Positions 43,515-51,884 of a DNA stretch of 63,824 bases are shown piece after piece (position 1 is the first letter of the stretch; every line of letters begins with the position of its first letter). Source of the DNA: a virus (lineage: Duplodnaviria > Caudoviricetes); IMG/VR virus record IMGVR_UViG_3300036818_000131, positions 1-63,824 of that record; one strand, written 5' to 3'. A program made the translations under genes and the position numbers. The notes below the pieces were generated by a model that was not told the DNA's origin, ran no database searches, and saw nothing but the letters and a program-made list of their open reading frames with translations.

Positions 43515-45029
43515 TTAACCATTTGCGATGTTGGTGAGGACGCCCATCGCAAACGGTGCGTACACCGCGAGCACCTCTTCGGCATAGACGCCGACCTGGC
43601 GCTGGCGGGTGACGATCGGCCAGTCGATCTGGTAGTAGTCTTGCCGCGTCTTGACTTCCGCGACATTGGGCACTTCGTTCGACTGGTATTGGATCGGCAG
43701 GTTTTCGGCCCAGCCGATGATCGTCCCCGGCGGTACGCGCGGGTGGATGCGGATCGGGATGCGCAACCCGCCATTGATCGCGAACGGGTTGTAGTAGTAT
43801 TGGATCACCCCAGAGGCGGTCAGCTGATACTCGCCACCGCTGCCATCGGCCGAAGCCTCATAGCGCAGCAAGGGCCCGGAACTGTTGGTCAGCACCTTGG
43901 TGGTGATGTTCTTGAGCTCTTGGCTGTTGACATAGAGCACGGTCGGGCTGAGCTCGAAATTGTCCCACATAGCCTGGAACATCGTGTCGATCTCGGTGAC
44001 CGAGCCGCGGCCCGAGGCGGTGAGCACGGTGCCGGTGCCGGCGGTACCGGTCGCCAATGACTTGACATAGGCGTTGTTGCCCGATTTCAGCGCCGTGGTG
44101 AGCAGCCCGTCATAGGCATAGTTCGGGTTGGCCGAATTGTCGGCGGTGATCGCCGAGGCCGGCTGGTTGCCGGTGGCGAGCGGTACCGCTTGGACATAGC
44201 TGTTGATCGTGGTGATCGCCTGCAATGTCTCGGTGCCGGCGCTGTTCACAGTGGAGATGAACCACGCATAGGCGACCGCACCCTGGATCGCGGTCGTCGT
44301 CATCGCCAGCGCATTGGTCGAGATCGTGACCGCCTGGCCGGCACTCTCGGCCGAGATGTTGGACGAGCCGCCCGACAATGTGTAGGGCTTGCCATCCGCA
44401 CCGGTGATCGCTTTCGAGGTCGCAACCCCGGCGAGGACCGTGCTGTTCTGGTAGCCCTCGAGGGTGAGTGCCACGACCTTGACGTAGTACGTGCCGGTCG
44501 GCAGTGTGCTGTTGGCGTTGGTCTGCGGCGACAGGCTCGGCGTCGCCGGGGTGCCCAATAGCAGTGAGGCGTTGCCGGCGAGGATCGCCATCTCTTCTTT
44601 GAGCATCATCTTCTGCAGAAGGCGGAAGGTCATCTTCGCCTGGATGTCTTCGAACGAGCGGCCAGCGCTGATCGCCTCGAAGGTCGCCGCGTCTTCTTCG
44701 CCGATCGTGACAAAGGACGCGACCTTGTTCGAGGTGTTGTAGCTCATCTGGCCAGAGCGCTGACCCTCTGGGACCCAGCCCATTGCGTCAAAGCCCGAAC
44801 CAATGATGGCATTGACCTGCCGCCAGTTGGTCCCAGTCCCCGTGCCGCCTCCGATCCGCGGCATGACATTGCGGATCGGTGTGACAAACGGGTAGAGGTT
44901 TTTCGACGGGGCCTGCAGATCGTAAGCAATGAGGCCCGTGCCGGTCGAGATCGTTTTCGCGATCTCGTCATTGGGGGACGCAAGCGCCACCTTCATCAGA
45001 TCCAGAGATTCCTGGGTAATCGGTTGCAT
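43515..45029 (-). CDS. Major capsid protein with Fn3-like insertion
   Basis: Follows the prohead protease; YDLQAP.K.LYP..TPIRN..PR, IHP.VPPGTI, GVY.EEVL..YAPF; GGAGGAG RBS. Confidence 0.85.
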   Translation of the reverse strand: MQPITQESLDLMKVALASPNDEIAKTISTGTGLIAYDLQAPSKNLYPFVTPIRNVMPRIGGGTGTGTNWRQVNAIIGSGFDAMGWVPEGQRSGQMSYNTSNKVASFVTIGEEDAATFEAISAGRSFEDIQAKMTFRLLQKMMLKEEMAILAGNASLLLGTPATPSLSPQTNANSTLPTGTYYVKVVALTLEGYQNSTVLAGVATSKAITGADGKPYTLSGGSSNISAESAGQAVTISTNALAMTTTAIQGAVAYAWFISTVNSAGTETLQAITTINSYVQAVPLATGNQPASAITADNSANPNYAYDGLLTTALKSGNNAYVKSLATGTAGTGTVLTASGRGSVTEIDTMFQAMWDNFELSPTVLYVNSQELKNITTKVLTNSSGPLLRYEASADGSGGEYQLTASGVIQYYYNPFAINGGLRIPIRIHPRVPPGTIIGWAENLPIQYQSNEVPNVAEVKTRQDYYQIDWPIVTRQRQVGVYAEEVLAVYAPFAMGVLTNIANG

Positions 45030-45119
45030 TGGGGTTCACTCCTCCCAAGAGGGGGGCTATTGGCGAAACTGCGTTTCGCCTGACGCCGTCAGGCCGAGCT
45101 CGCCCGGCCGGTAGGCAAC

Positions 45120-45156
45120 AAAAAACCCGCCACCCGAGGGGATTGGATGGGCGGGT
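45120..45156 (-). terminator. Terminator-like hairpin between protease and capsid genes
   Basis: ACCCGCC...GGCGGGT followed by a T run on the minus strand. Confidence 0.5.
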
Positions 45157-45184
45157 CCATTCGGGGGTTATCGGATGCCGAGGA

Positions 45185-47857
45185 TCAGGTTCTGCCGCTG
45201 ACCGCGCGCCCTGGCGCCGGCGCGTCGGTGAAACCGTGAATTTTCAGCGGGGTGCGCAACGAGCGCTTGATCAGCGCCTTGGTCACATCGTCGTCGCTCA
45301 TGTGCGCCAGCGCGTCGGTGACATCGACCGCGGCAGCAGTGGTGCCGCCGGCATTGTCCTGGCTCTTGGTCAGCCCCCCATTGCCGCCAATTGCACCGCC
45401 GGCGACCCGAGCCAGCGCCTTGGGCGGCACCTCTTGCTGTGCGATGTCTTCGACCCGAGCGCGCAGTTCCTGGTTCTGCGTGACGAGCCCCTGCACCAAT
45501 TCGGTGAGGCCGGTCGTCGTCTTGATCAATTGCTCGAGGCCCGGACTGCCTTCGGCGACCGCCAGGAACTCGGCCTTGATCAGAGGCTCGCCGGCAGTGG
45601 CGCCGGTCGTGGCGCCGGTCGTGGCGGTGGTCGTGGCGGTGGTCGTGGCGGTGGCTGCCTTGCCGGTATCGATGGCGGGCCCCCCCTTGGCGCTAATGGG
45701 GCCTTCACCTTCGCCAGCAGAATTGGGGGTGCCGCCCGGTGCCTCCTTGGTGGCGTGGCCGGCCCCCTGTTCCCCGCCAGGGGCATGCTTGCAGACCATC
45801 GCCATGCCTTCGCATTTCGTCAGGTGGAAATGCGCCTTGTCGAGGTTCGCCATCGTGGCACCGGTGTGCCGTGACGGCTTGCTGCCATCGGCCTTGCAGG
45901 TCTCACCATCGGCGACCGCGGCGATGCAGTGATGGGCGATTTCCATCAGCGATTTGTGGCCGGCTCCGGCCTTCTCGACATCGCGCCCGGGGGCTGCGAG
46001 CAAGGCCTCGATGATTGCGAGTGCGGTCGCATCGCTGGCCCCCTGTTCCCTGCCAGGGGCAGGCCCCTGTTCCCTGCCGGGGGCAGCCTTGGCGGCACCC
46101 GGCACCGGGGCTGCCGGCACCGCGCCCGTCGGGTTCGGCGCTGTCGTCTCGGGGTTCTTGCCGGTGTCGACCGTCGAATGCTGTGTGGCGGCCGCGGCGC
46201 CCTGCTCGGGGTTGCCGTCCTCTAGCATTTCGCGGCCATCGGCATTGAGATGAGTGGCGCCCTCGTCGAGCACCGCTTTCATCGCATCGCCCAAATGCAT
46301 GCGGTCGCCTTTGATGCACGAGGCCAGGTTCATCGCCTTGTGCATCGCAGTGGCAGCAACATCGAGTAATGCTTGGTCGCGGGCGTTGTGCTTGGCGCCC
46401 GCCTTTAAAATAAGAGTCACGAGCGCCTCCGCTCTGGGTTGATCGGGAATGGATTTCCGTAGGCATTCGGTGATGACCGAGAGCGCCACCCCCCCCATTG
46501 GGGCGACCGGCCCGTCAATGAGTTCGGGGATTTCGGTGCCCTCGAGCACCTCTTGGGTTTCCTCGGCGACGAGGTCGACGAGGAACTGGCAGAGATCGGC
46601 GCACATCGCGGCGGCGCGGCCCGGCAGGCTCGACTCGTCGCCTTCCATCGCCGCCTCGAGCGCCAGTCTTTCGCGCAGCCAGCGCAGGCTGCCGATCATC
46701 TGCGCGACGTCGCCGATGTCCCATAGGCTCTTGGCAAGCTCGGCGAGCGAGGCCTTCTCGCTCGCGGCGGGTGGCCCGTCCCCCTTTGGTCCATTGGGGT
46801 CGATCGTCTCTTTCCAGGCGGCGACAATGTGCGCCTTGAGCGCGCTCAGAGGCTCGCTGGAATATTTTCCGGAATATTTGCCGGCGTTCTTGGCTTTGTG
46901 GATGTACCGCCACGCCGCGCGGATGCGCCCCTCGGTGTCGAGCACAACGGCATAAGGCGTGGAGCCCCCATTGGCGCCCTCGGGACCCCCAACGGATCCC
47001 CCTGCTTTCGCCCCGGGCTGCGCCCCGGCGGGCAGGCTTTTGGCCGCATCGCCGCCCTTGGCGATAGCTGCGGCATCGGCGGCTGGCGCCAGCGCCACGG
47101 TGCCGGCCTCGATCGCGGCCAATGCCGCGTCGATCGCCGCCTGCGCGGTATTGGCGCCCTCGCCGGCGCGCTTCTCGATCGCGCTCTGAGTGGGCGGTTG
47201 CGCTTGGCCATCCGCAACCAAACCCGAATTGCCGGGCGCGGCGTCAACCGCGTCGCCCTCGGCGGTCAATGGCGCAGCGAGATCCTGCTGGCTCGACTTT
47301 TCGAGGCATTTGATCGCGTCGGCCTTGGCAATGTGGTGGTGCCTGGTGTCGCCGCACGACCAGATCTGGATCGGCGGATTGAACGCGGCAGCACCTGCCG
47401 CAATAGGCCCTGGAGGTCCTGCCATACTCGCTTTCCAACAGTCAAAAGTGGCTTCGGGATTGGCGGGCCGGTCGACCAGTGAGATCTCGTTGAGGACGAG
47501 CCCGGTGATCGTCTTGGGATTGCCGGCTTCGCGTTTTGTCACCCGACCGCCAATGGAGAACCCCCTGTAGACTTGGTTCTTGACCTTCGCGACGGCGATT
47601 GGATCGACGATGTGTGCGACGATGCGCGTGACATTGTCGTCGCCGACATCGGCCTCGAGTGCGGTACCCGCCGCCTGCAACTGGTGCATCTCGCGGATCG
47701 CGGGAAAGCGCATATAGTCGGGCAAGGCCGCGCGCATCGCCTCGGCCTTGACCATTTCCCCCTGATCGTCGATTGATTCGGTCGAGGCAATGCCGTGCAC
47801 CTTGACGGTGTCGTCGGCTTGCACCTCGACCTTCTCGATTTTTCCGAATAATCTCAT
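45185..47857 (-). CDS. HK97-type prohead protease with long scaffold-like extension (890 aa)
   Basis: V.GIAS.E..D.QGE, REMH, Y.GFSIGG, EISLVDRPANP; internal DTE..IRAAW.YI (DUF6582-like). Confidence 0.9.
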   Translation of the reverse strand: MRLFGKIEKVEVQADDTVKVHGIASTESIDDQGEMVKAEAMRAALPDYMRFPAIREMHQLQAAGTALEADVGDDNVTRIVAHIVDPIAVAKVKNQVYRGFSIGGRVTKREAGNPKTITGLVLNEISLVDRPANPEATFDCWKASMAGPPGPIAAGAAAFNPPIQIWSCGDTRHHHIAKADAIKCLEKSSQQDLAAPLTAEGDAVDAAPGNSGLVADGQAQPPTQSAIEKRAGEGANTAQAAIDAALAAIEAGTVALAPAADAAAIAKGGDAAKSLPAGAQPGAKAGGSVGGPEGANGGSTPYAVVLDTEGRIRAAWRYIHKAKNAGKYSGKYSSEPLSALKAHIVAAWKETIDPNGPKGDGPPAASEKASLAELAKSLWDIGDVAQMIGSLRWLRERLALEAAMEGDESSLPGRAAAMCADLCQFLVDLVAEETQEVLEGTEIPELIDGPVAPMGGVALSVITECLRKSIPDQPRAEALVTLILKAGAKHNARDQALLDVAATAMHKAMNLASCIKGDRMHLGDAMKAVLDEGATHLNADGREMLEDGNPEQGAAAATQHSTVDTGKNPETTAPNPTGAVPAAPVPGAAKAAPGREQGPAPGREQGASDATALAIIEALLAAPGRDVEKAGAGHKSLMEIAHHCIAAVADGETCKADGSKPSRHTGATMANLDKAHFHLTKCEGMAMVCKHAPGGEQGAGHATKEAPGGTPNSAGEGEGPISAKGGPAIDTGKAATATTTATTTATTGATTGATAGEPLIKAEFLAVAEGSPGLEQLIKTTTGLTELVQGLVTQNQELRARVEDIAQQEVPPKALARVAGGAIGGNGGLTKSQDNAGGTTAAAVDVTDALAHMSDDDVTKALIKRSLRTPLKIHGFTDAPAPGRAVSGRT

Positions 47858-47880
47858 TGATGCGTTCCTAGAGATTTCCG

Positions 47881-48477
47881 GTGTCTACGACTGATGCAAA
47901 CGTGAAACGTTGCGGCGGCTGCAGCCGGGGATTACCCCGTCAAGCCTTCGCCAAAAACCGAACGAAGCCTGACGGATTGGCAACGCAGTGCAGGCAATGC
48001 ACAGCCGAATATTTGAGTCGATACCGGAGTGAAAAACTGGAGCTGGTGAGGGCGGGCCAACGGCGGCACTACGTCAGAAACCGTATTGCCGTTCGGCGGG
48101 CCCAGCGTTGTTATCGCCTCGAAAACGTTGAGACGCTAAGAGGGAAGAAGCGCGCGTACAATCGAGTGTATTATCGAACGGAGGTCGGCAGATCGTCGAA
48201 GCGCAACGCCGTGCATCGTCGGCGCGCTCGCAAATTGGGCAATGGAAGTACCTTCACCCTGGCGGATTGGCACGCTCTCATTGCTCGATCGCCCCATTGT
48301 CATTGGCGCAAAACGCCCTTCGCGGCCACGCGGCGACCGACGCACGACCACGTCATCCCTCTATCGGAGGATGGCGAGGATACCCTGGAGAACAGCGTTT
48401 GCGCCTGCATGGAGTGCAATCTCCGCAAAGGGGCGCGGGCAATCGATCCGGTTACCGGCCAGGCGTTGTTGCTGTAG
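47881..48477 (+). CDS. HNH endonuclease with N-terminal Zn finger
   Basis: KRC..C, F.KN...DGL...C..C, FT..DW, DHVIPLS..G, N.V.AC..CN..KG; lower GC than its flanks. Confidence 0.85.
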   Translation: MSTTDANVKRCGGCSRGLPRQAFAKNRTKPDGLATQCRQCTAEYLSRYRSEKLELVRAGQRRHYVRNRIAVRRAQRCYRLENVETLRGKKRAYNRVYYRTEVGRSSKRNAVHRRRARKLGNGSTFTLADWHALIARSPHCHWRKTPFAATRRPTHDHVIPLSEDGEDTLENSVCACMECNLRKGARAIDPVTGQALLL

Positions 48478-48517
48478 CTCTCCCAAAGGCGTAAAGACGC
48501 ATCGGAGTGGCCTTGCA

Positions 48518-48757
48518 ATGAATGATCGAAAAGAAATTGTCGAAGCCCTCGGCGCCGAGCTGGTCGAGCTGATCGAGCGCGACAATAGCTTGCGCCTGCT
48601 GCAGGCCTGCGGCGTCGAGGTGGCGTTTGGTCCGACCGGCTGGCGTGCCGTGGTCGGCGGCCGCGAGATCAGCAATACCGATATCGACGTCGTTATCCGT
48701 CGCGGTCTCGCCGTGATACGCGGGCGGCGCGATCTGTGGCCGACGCCGCCGGTATGA
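48518..48757 (+). CDS. Hypothetical protein
   Basis: GGAG RBS; ATGA overlap with the next gene. Confidence 0.55.
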   Translation: MNDRKEIVEALGAELVELIERDNSLRLLQACGVEVAFGPTGWRAVVGGREISNTDIDVVIRRGLAVIRGRRDLWPTPPV

Positions 48758-49080
48758 CCGAAGAGCGTCGTGTCTGGATTGCGCAATGCCTGTGCCCGCA
48801 GCGGCATTGCATAATGGCGACCGCCGGCGAAGCCGAAAATCGCCGCGCCGCCGAGGCGACCGTCGGCGCACTTCTCCGAGCCAACGTCAAGGCGAAGCTG
48901 CTATCAGGCGAGTTCAATCCGTGGTGTGGCCTCTGCCACGCTGCGGCCGAGAGCTGGCGCTATGAGGTCGCCCGCTCGCGGTTCCGTTCGATGGCGGAAG
49001 CGACGCCGGCGTTAAAGGAGAGCGAAGGGCAGCAGCAGGTTACACGCGCGCTGTGGGGCGGTATGCGGCGCAGCGATTGA
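48754..49080 (+). CDS. Putative Zn-binding protein
   Basis: QCLCP.RHCI and NPWCGLC. Confidence 0.6.
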   Translation: MTEERRVWIAQCLCPQRHCIMATAGEAENRRAAEATVGALLRANVKAKLLSGEFNPWCGLCHAAAESWRYEVARSRFRSMAEATPALKESEGQQQVTRALWGGMRRSD

Positions 49081-49090
49081 GGGCGCCGAC

Positions 49091-49405
49091 ATGAGTGAAT
49101 TGCACGACATCGATCGGCGGGTTGCGGTGCTCGAGCAGATCGCGCGCGACACCGCGGCGGGACTGGCCGACATCCGAAGCGAGTTGCGGCAGATGCGCAC
49201 CGAATCCCGCACCGAATTGCAGGGGCTGCGCACCGAGTTCCGCACCGAATTGCACGAGTTCCGCACCGAATTGCAGGGGCTGCGCACCGACATCCGCGAG
49301 CAGAGTAGAGAGCTGCACGCCGATTTTCGTTGGTTGCTGCGGTTTACGATCGGCGGCTTTGTCGGCACGTGGGCGCTGCTCGCGCACGGGCTGCATTGGT
49401 TTTGA
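49091..49405 (+). CDS. Coiled-coil protein with C-terminal TM helix (DUF1640/XhlA-like)
   Basis: RV..LE head, RTE repeats, DFRWLL...ALLAHG.HW tail. Confidence 0.7.
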   Translation: MSELHDIDRRVAVLEQIARDTAAGLADIRSELRQMRTESRTELQGLRTEFRTELHEFRTELQGLRTDIREQSRELHADFRWLLRFTIGGFVGTWALLAHGLHWF

Positions 49406-49468
49406 GGGCACCCCTCAACGCGATTTGCGAACTCCTCAAGGACACCACCCTAACAGGGAGATCTAGCG

Positions 49469-50014
49469 ATGGTCGACTGGCTCGCGCCCACCAAATGCAT
49501 GTTCTGGCGCCTCGACGACAACCACACGCCGGTCCAGTGCGAGACCTTCGAGGAGTATTTCGCATCCGTCGAGAAGGACCATCAAGTCGCCGAGACGTGG
49601 ATCGCCGACGGGGTGCGGGTCTCGACGATCTTTCTGCCGGTCGGCCACGGCTTTATCGAGAACCCGGCATTCTTCGAAACGATGGTGTTTGGCGGCCCAC
49701 TCGACCATTGCCAAGTGCGCTATCGCACCTGGGACGAGGCGGCCGCCGGCCACGAGCGTCTGTGTACCGAAACCCGCAGGCTGCTGGCATTGCCGCCGGC
49801 CGAGCTCGAAGCCGAGATGAGCCGGCGAACGAGCGAGCGGTTCCGCTTCATCCGCGAACAGGCTTTGGCGGTCGGCGTGCCCGAGGAGATCGCCGATCAC
49901 CTGGGCCGCGCCCTCAATCAACGAAACGCCGGCCAACGAAACGCCGGCCAACGAAACGCCGACCAAACAAAACGCCGGCCAACAAAACGACTGCCAAGAA
50001 AGCGACCCGAGTGA
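49469..50014 (+). CDS. Conserved phage hypothetical protein with repeat tail
   Basis: VSTIFL, FETMVFGG, RY.TW.EA.AGH. Confidence 0.7.
   Translation: MVDWLAPTKCMFWRLDDNHTPVQCETFEEYFASVEKDHQVAETWIADGVRVSTIFLPVGHGFIENPAFFETMVFGGPLDHCQVRYRTWDEAAAGHERLCTETRRLLALPPAELEAEMSRRTSERFRFIREQALAVGVPEEIADHLGRALNQRNAGQRNAGQRNADQTKRRPTKRLPRKRPE
49919..49990. repeat. Degenerate 15-bp tandem repeat (~5 copies)
   Basis: CAACGAAACGCCGGC units. Confidence 0.85.
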
Positions 50015-50021
50015 TTGACCG

Positions 50022-50402
50022 ATGCCGGCGCTCTCCGAGCAGGTGAAGCGCGGCCTCAAGAGCCTGCGCTACCTCGCCGAACACGGTCCGCGCATGTCAC
50101 TGCCGGAAGTGCTCGGGCAAAAGCTCATCCCCAGCGTGCATTGCGCCGAACTTACCGTCGACGCAGAGATGTGGATCGTCTGCTACGGGCTCGAAGTGCA
50201 GCCGAGCGGCGTCTATCGCCATCTCAGCATCAGCAATATCGACCGCGGCACCCTGCCGTTACCGGAAACCCTCATGCTGATCGCTCGCGAAATGGGTTTC
50301 ACCGCCGAGCGGATGCAGGTCTCGGTGGCGCGGTATCCTAAGCGCGGTCTTGCCGTCCAAGTCATGGAGCCAATCACACAGGCTCGCGAAACACCAATCT
50401 AA
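50022..50402 (+). CDS. Hypothetical protein
   Basis: 126 aa; RHLSIS...LP.P...IA..GF motif. Confidence 0.6.
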   Translation: MPALSEQVKRGLKSLRYLAEHGPRMSLPEVLGQKLIPSVHCAELTVDAEMWIVCYGLEVQPSGVYRHLSISNIDRGTLPLPETLMLIAREMGFTAERMQVSVARYPKRGLAVQVMEPITQARETPI

Positions 50403-50482
50403 GCCGCGTTGCCGGCCTGGTCGACCGCGGTGACCGCATTGGCCGACGGTGCGGAAGCGAGGAAAACGTAGGTCAGTGCCAT
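50399..50482 (-). pseudogene. Internally deleted copy of 51458-51814
   Basis: MALTYVF...AVT..DQAGNAA* shares both termini with the 118-aa gene. Confidence 0.65.
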
Positions 50483-50499
50483 CGTTTGATCCGATCGGG

Positions 50500-51429
50500 T
50501 CAGGAAAGCGTGATGCCGTAATAGGCGGCGATGTTCTGGCGGGTCGCCAGGCGGTTGGCCCCGCTGAGATACGACGGCCATCCCAAGAATTCCGTAGCGA
50601 CGCCGTCAAAAAACGCCGTCGCCGTACCAAGAAGATCTTCGGCCCCGATATTGAATTGTTCGGCGATTACTCCGGTATCCCCTGATGTAAAGTCGGCTGT
50701 TCGCGTCAATTGCGCGCCGTTCAATAGGGCGGTTGGTGACCCGGCGGACGCGTCCCACAACAACTCGAAGAGATAAAACTGACCTGTTTCAACGTCGGCA
50801 CTGCTGAAGCTGCCGCCGCCGTCATCCGCAAATCCGGCATCGTCCGCACCGAACGTAAGGCTGCCGGAACTTGCCGCCGATGACGATCCTATCTGAATGT
50901 AAATATCCGGACCGCTGCCGTCCACATTGGCACCGGCAATGTAGTGGATGCCACCATCAACGGAGCTCTTGGCGACAAAAAAGAAAGTGAAACTGCTGCT
51001 CGGCCATGTGGCGCTGCCGGGCGTGGTTAGGACGTTAGAATTGGCGGCGACGAATGAAATCCCTGGCTTGCTATTCAGCGCAGCGGCGTCCCAGCCCGGC
51101 TGATTTGCGTTCGTTGCCTGCGAAACATCATTGCCGTTGCCGCTTTGGTCCGTCCACGCCGCGACAAAGCCGTTTGCGGCGCCGATGAAGGACGAGATCG
51201 ACGCGGCCGGCGCATCGCCAGTCGTCGCATCACTGTTGTAAGTGTGTGTCGTGTCGTCGCTGTCGCGGCGGATCGTGTAAAGCGCCGAGCCGCGTTTGGC
51301 GGCCGACAATGCGCGCTGGCTGTAGGCGACGACCGCGCCGCCAACGATATCGAGCGGGCCGGTGTAGGACGACCCGTGCGGCCGCGCGATGGTCGCGATG
51401 CCCGGTACACTGAGACCGAGCCTGGGCAT
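50500..51429 (-). CDS. ConA/LamG-like (GH54 arabinofuranosidase-like N-terminus) spike/fibre protein
   Basis: YTGPLD.V...AYS.R.LS, IRRDSD, W.DQSGNG.D..QAT..NQP, NI..YYGIT; N-terminal MPRLGLSV. Confidence 0.7.
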   Translation of the reverse strand: MPRLGLSVPGIATIARPHGSSYTGPLDIVGGAVVAYSQRALSAAKRGSALYTIRRDSDDTTHTYNSDATTGDAPAASISSFIGAANGFVAAWTDQSGNGNDVSQATNANQPGWDAAALNSKPGISFVAANSNVLTTPGSATWPSSSFTFFFVAKSSVDGGIHYIAGANVDGSGPDIYIQIGSSSAASSGSLTFGADDAGFADDGGGSFSSADVETGQFYLFELLWDASAGSPTALLNGAQLTRTADFTSGDTGVIAEQFNIGAEDLLGTATAFFDGVATEFLGWPSYLSGANRLATRQNIAAYYGITLS

Positions 51430-51457
51430 GCTACTGCCACACCGCGACGATGTCGGC

Positions 51458-51814
51458 TTACGCCGCGTTGCCGGCCTGGTCGAGCCAGCCGGTCGAAGAA
51501 CGTTGCGTCCCGACAAAATAGACCGTCTTCGAGAGCGTCGTGTCGTAATAGGACATGCCCAACGAGGGTGCCGGGTTGAGGTTGTTCAAGGCGCCGGTGA
51601 GTGCCGTTCCCGGCTGTGGCGCGGGCCGATCGGTGGTCGCTCCGGTCGCCAGCAGCGGCTGCACCGTGGCATTACCGACGCCCTCGAGGGTGAGCGCGTC
51701 GGCCGCCGCGACACCGGTGATGATGCCGGCGCTGTTGGGGTTGTAGCGGGTGCCGCCGATGGTCACCGCCTGTCCAGTGGCGGGGATGATCGCGAAGACG
51801 TATGTCAGTGCCAT
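51458..51814 (-). CDS. Small virion decoration/fibre protein
   Basis: GATTDRP...G..YYDTTLSK...W.D..GN motif, common in fibre proteins. Confidence 0.65.
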   Translation of the reverse strand: MALTYVFAIIPATGQAVTIGGTRYNPNSAGIITGVAAADALTLEGVGNATVQPLLATGATTDRPAPQPGTALTGALNNLNPAPSLGMSYYDTTLSKTVYFVGTQRSSTGWLDQAGNAA

Positions 51815-51884
51815 ATGTTGCCGCCTTTTTGCTTCAGGTCATGGTCGGGGCGCCGCGATCCGCGAAAAATCGTCGGTGCCGAGG

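Noticed and set aside
16499-46084. PGREQGA as a conserved peptide (protease cleavage) motif
   Set aside because: The same DNA occurs in another frame in the portal and inverted in DUF5672, so the signal is better explained at the nucleotide level.
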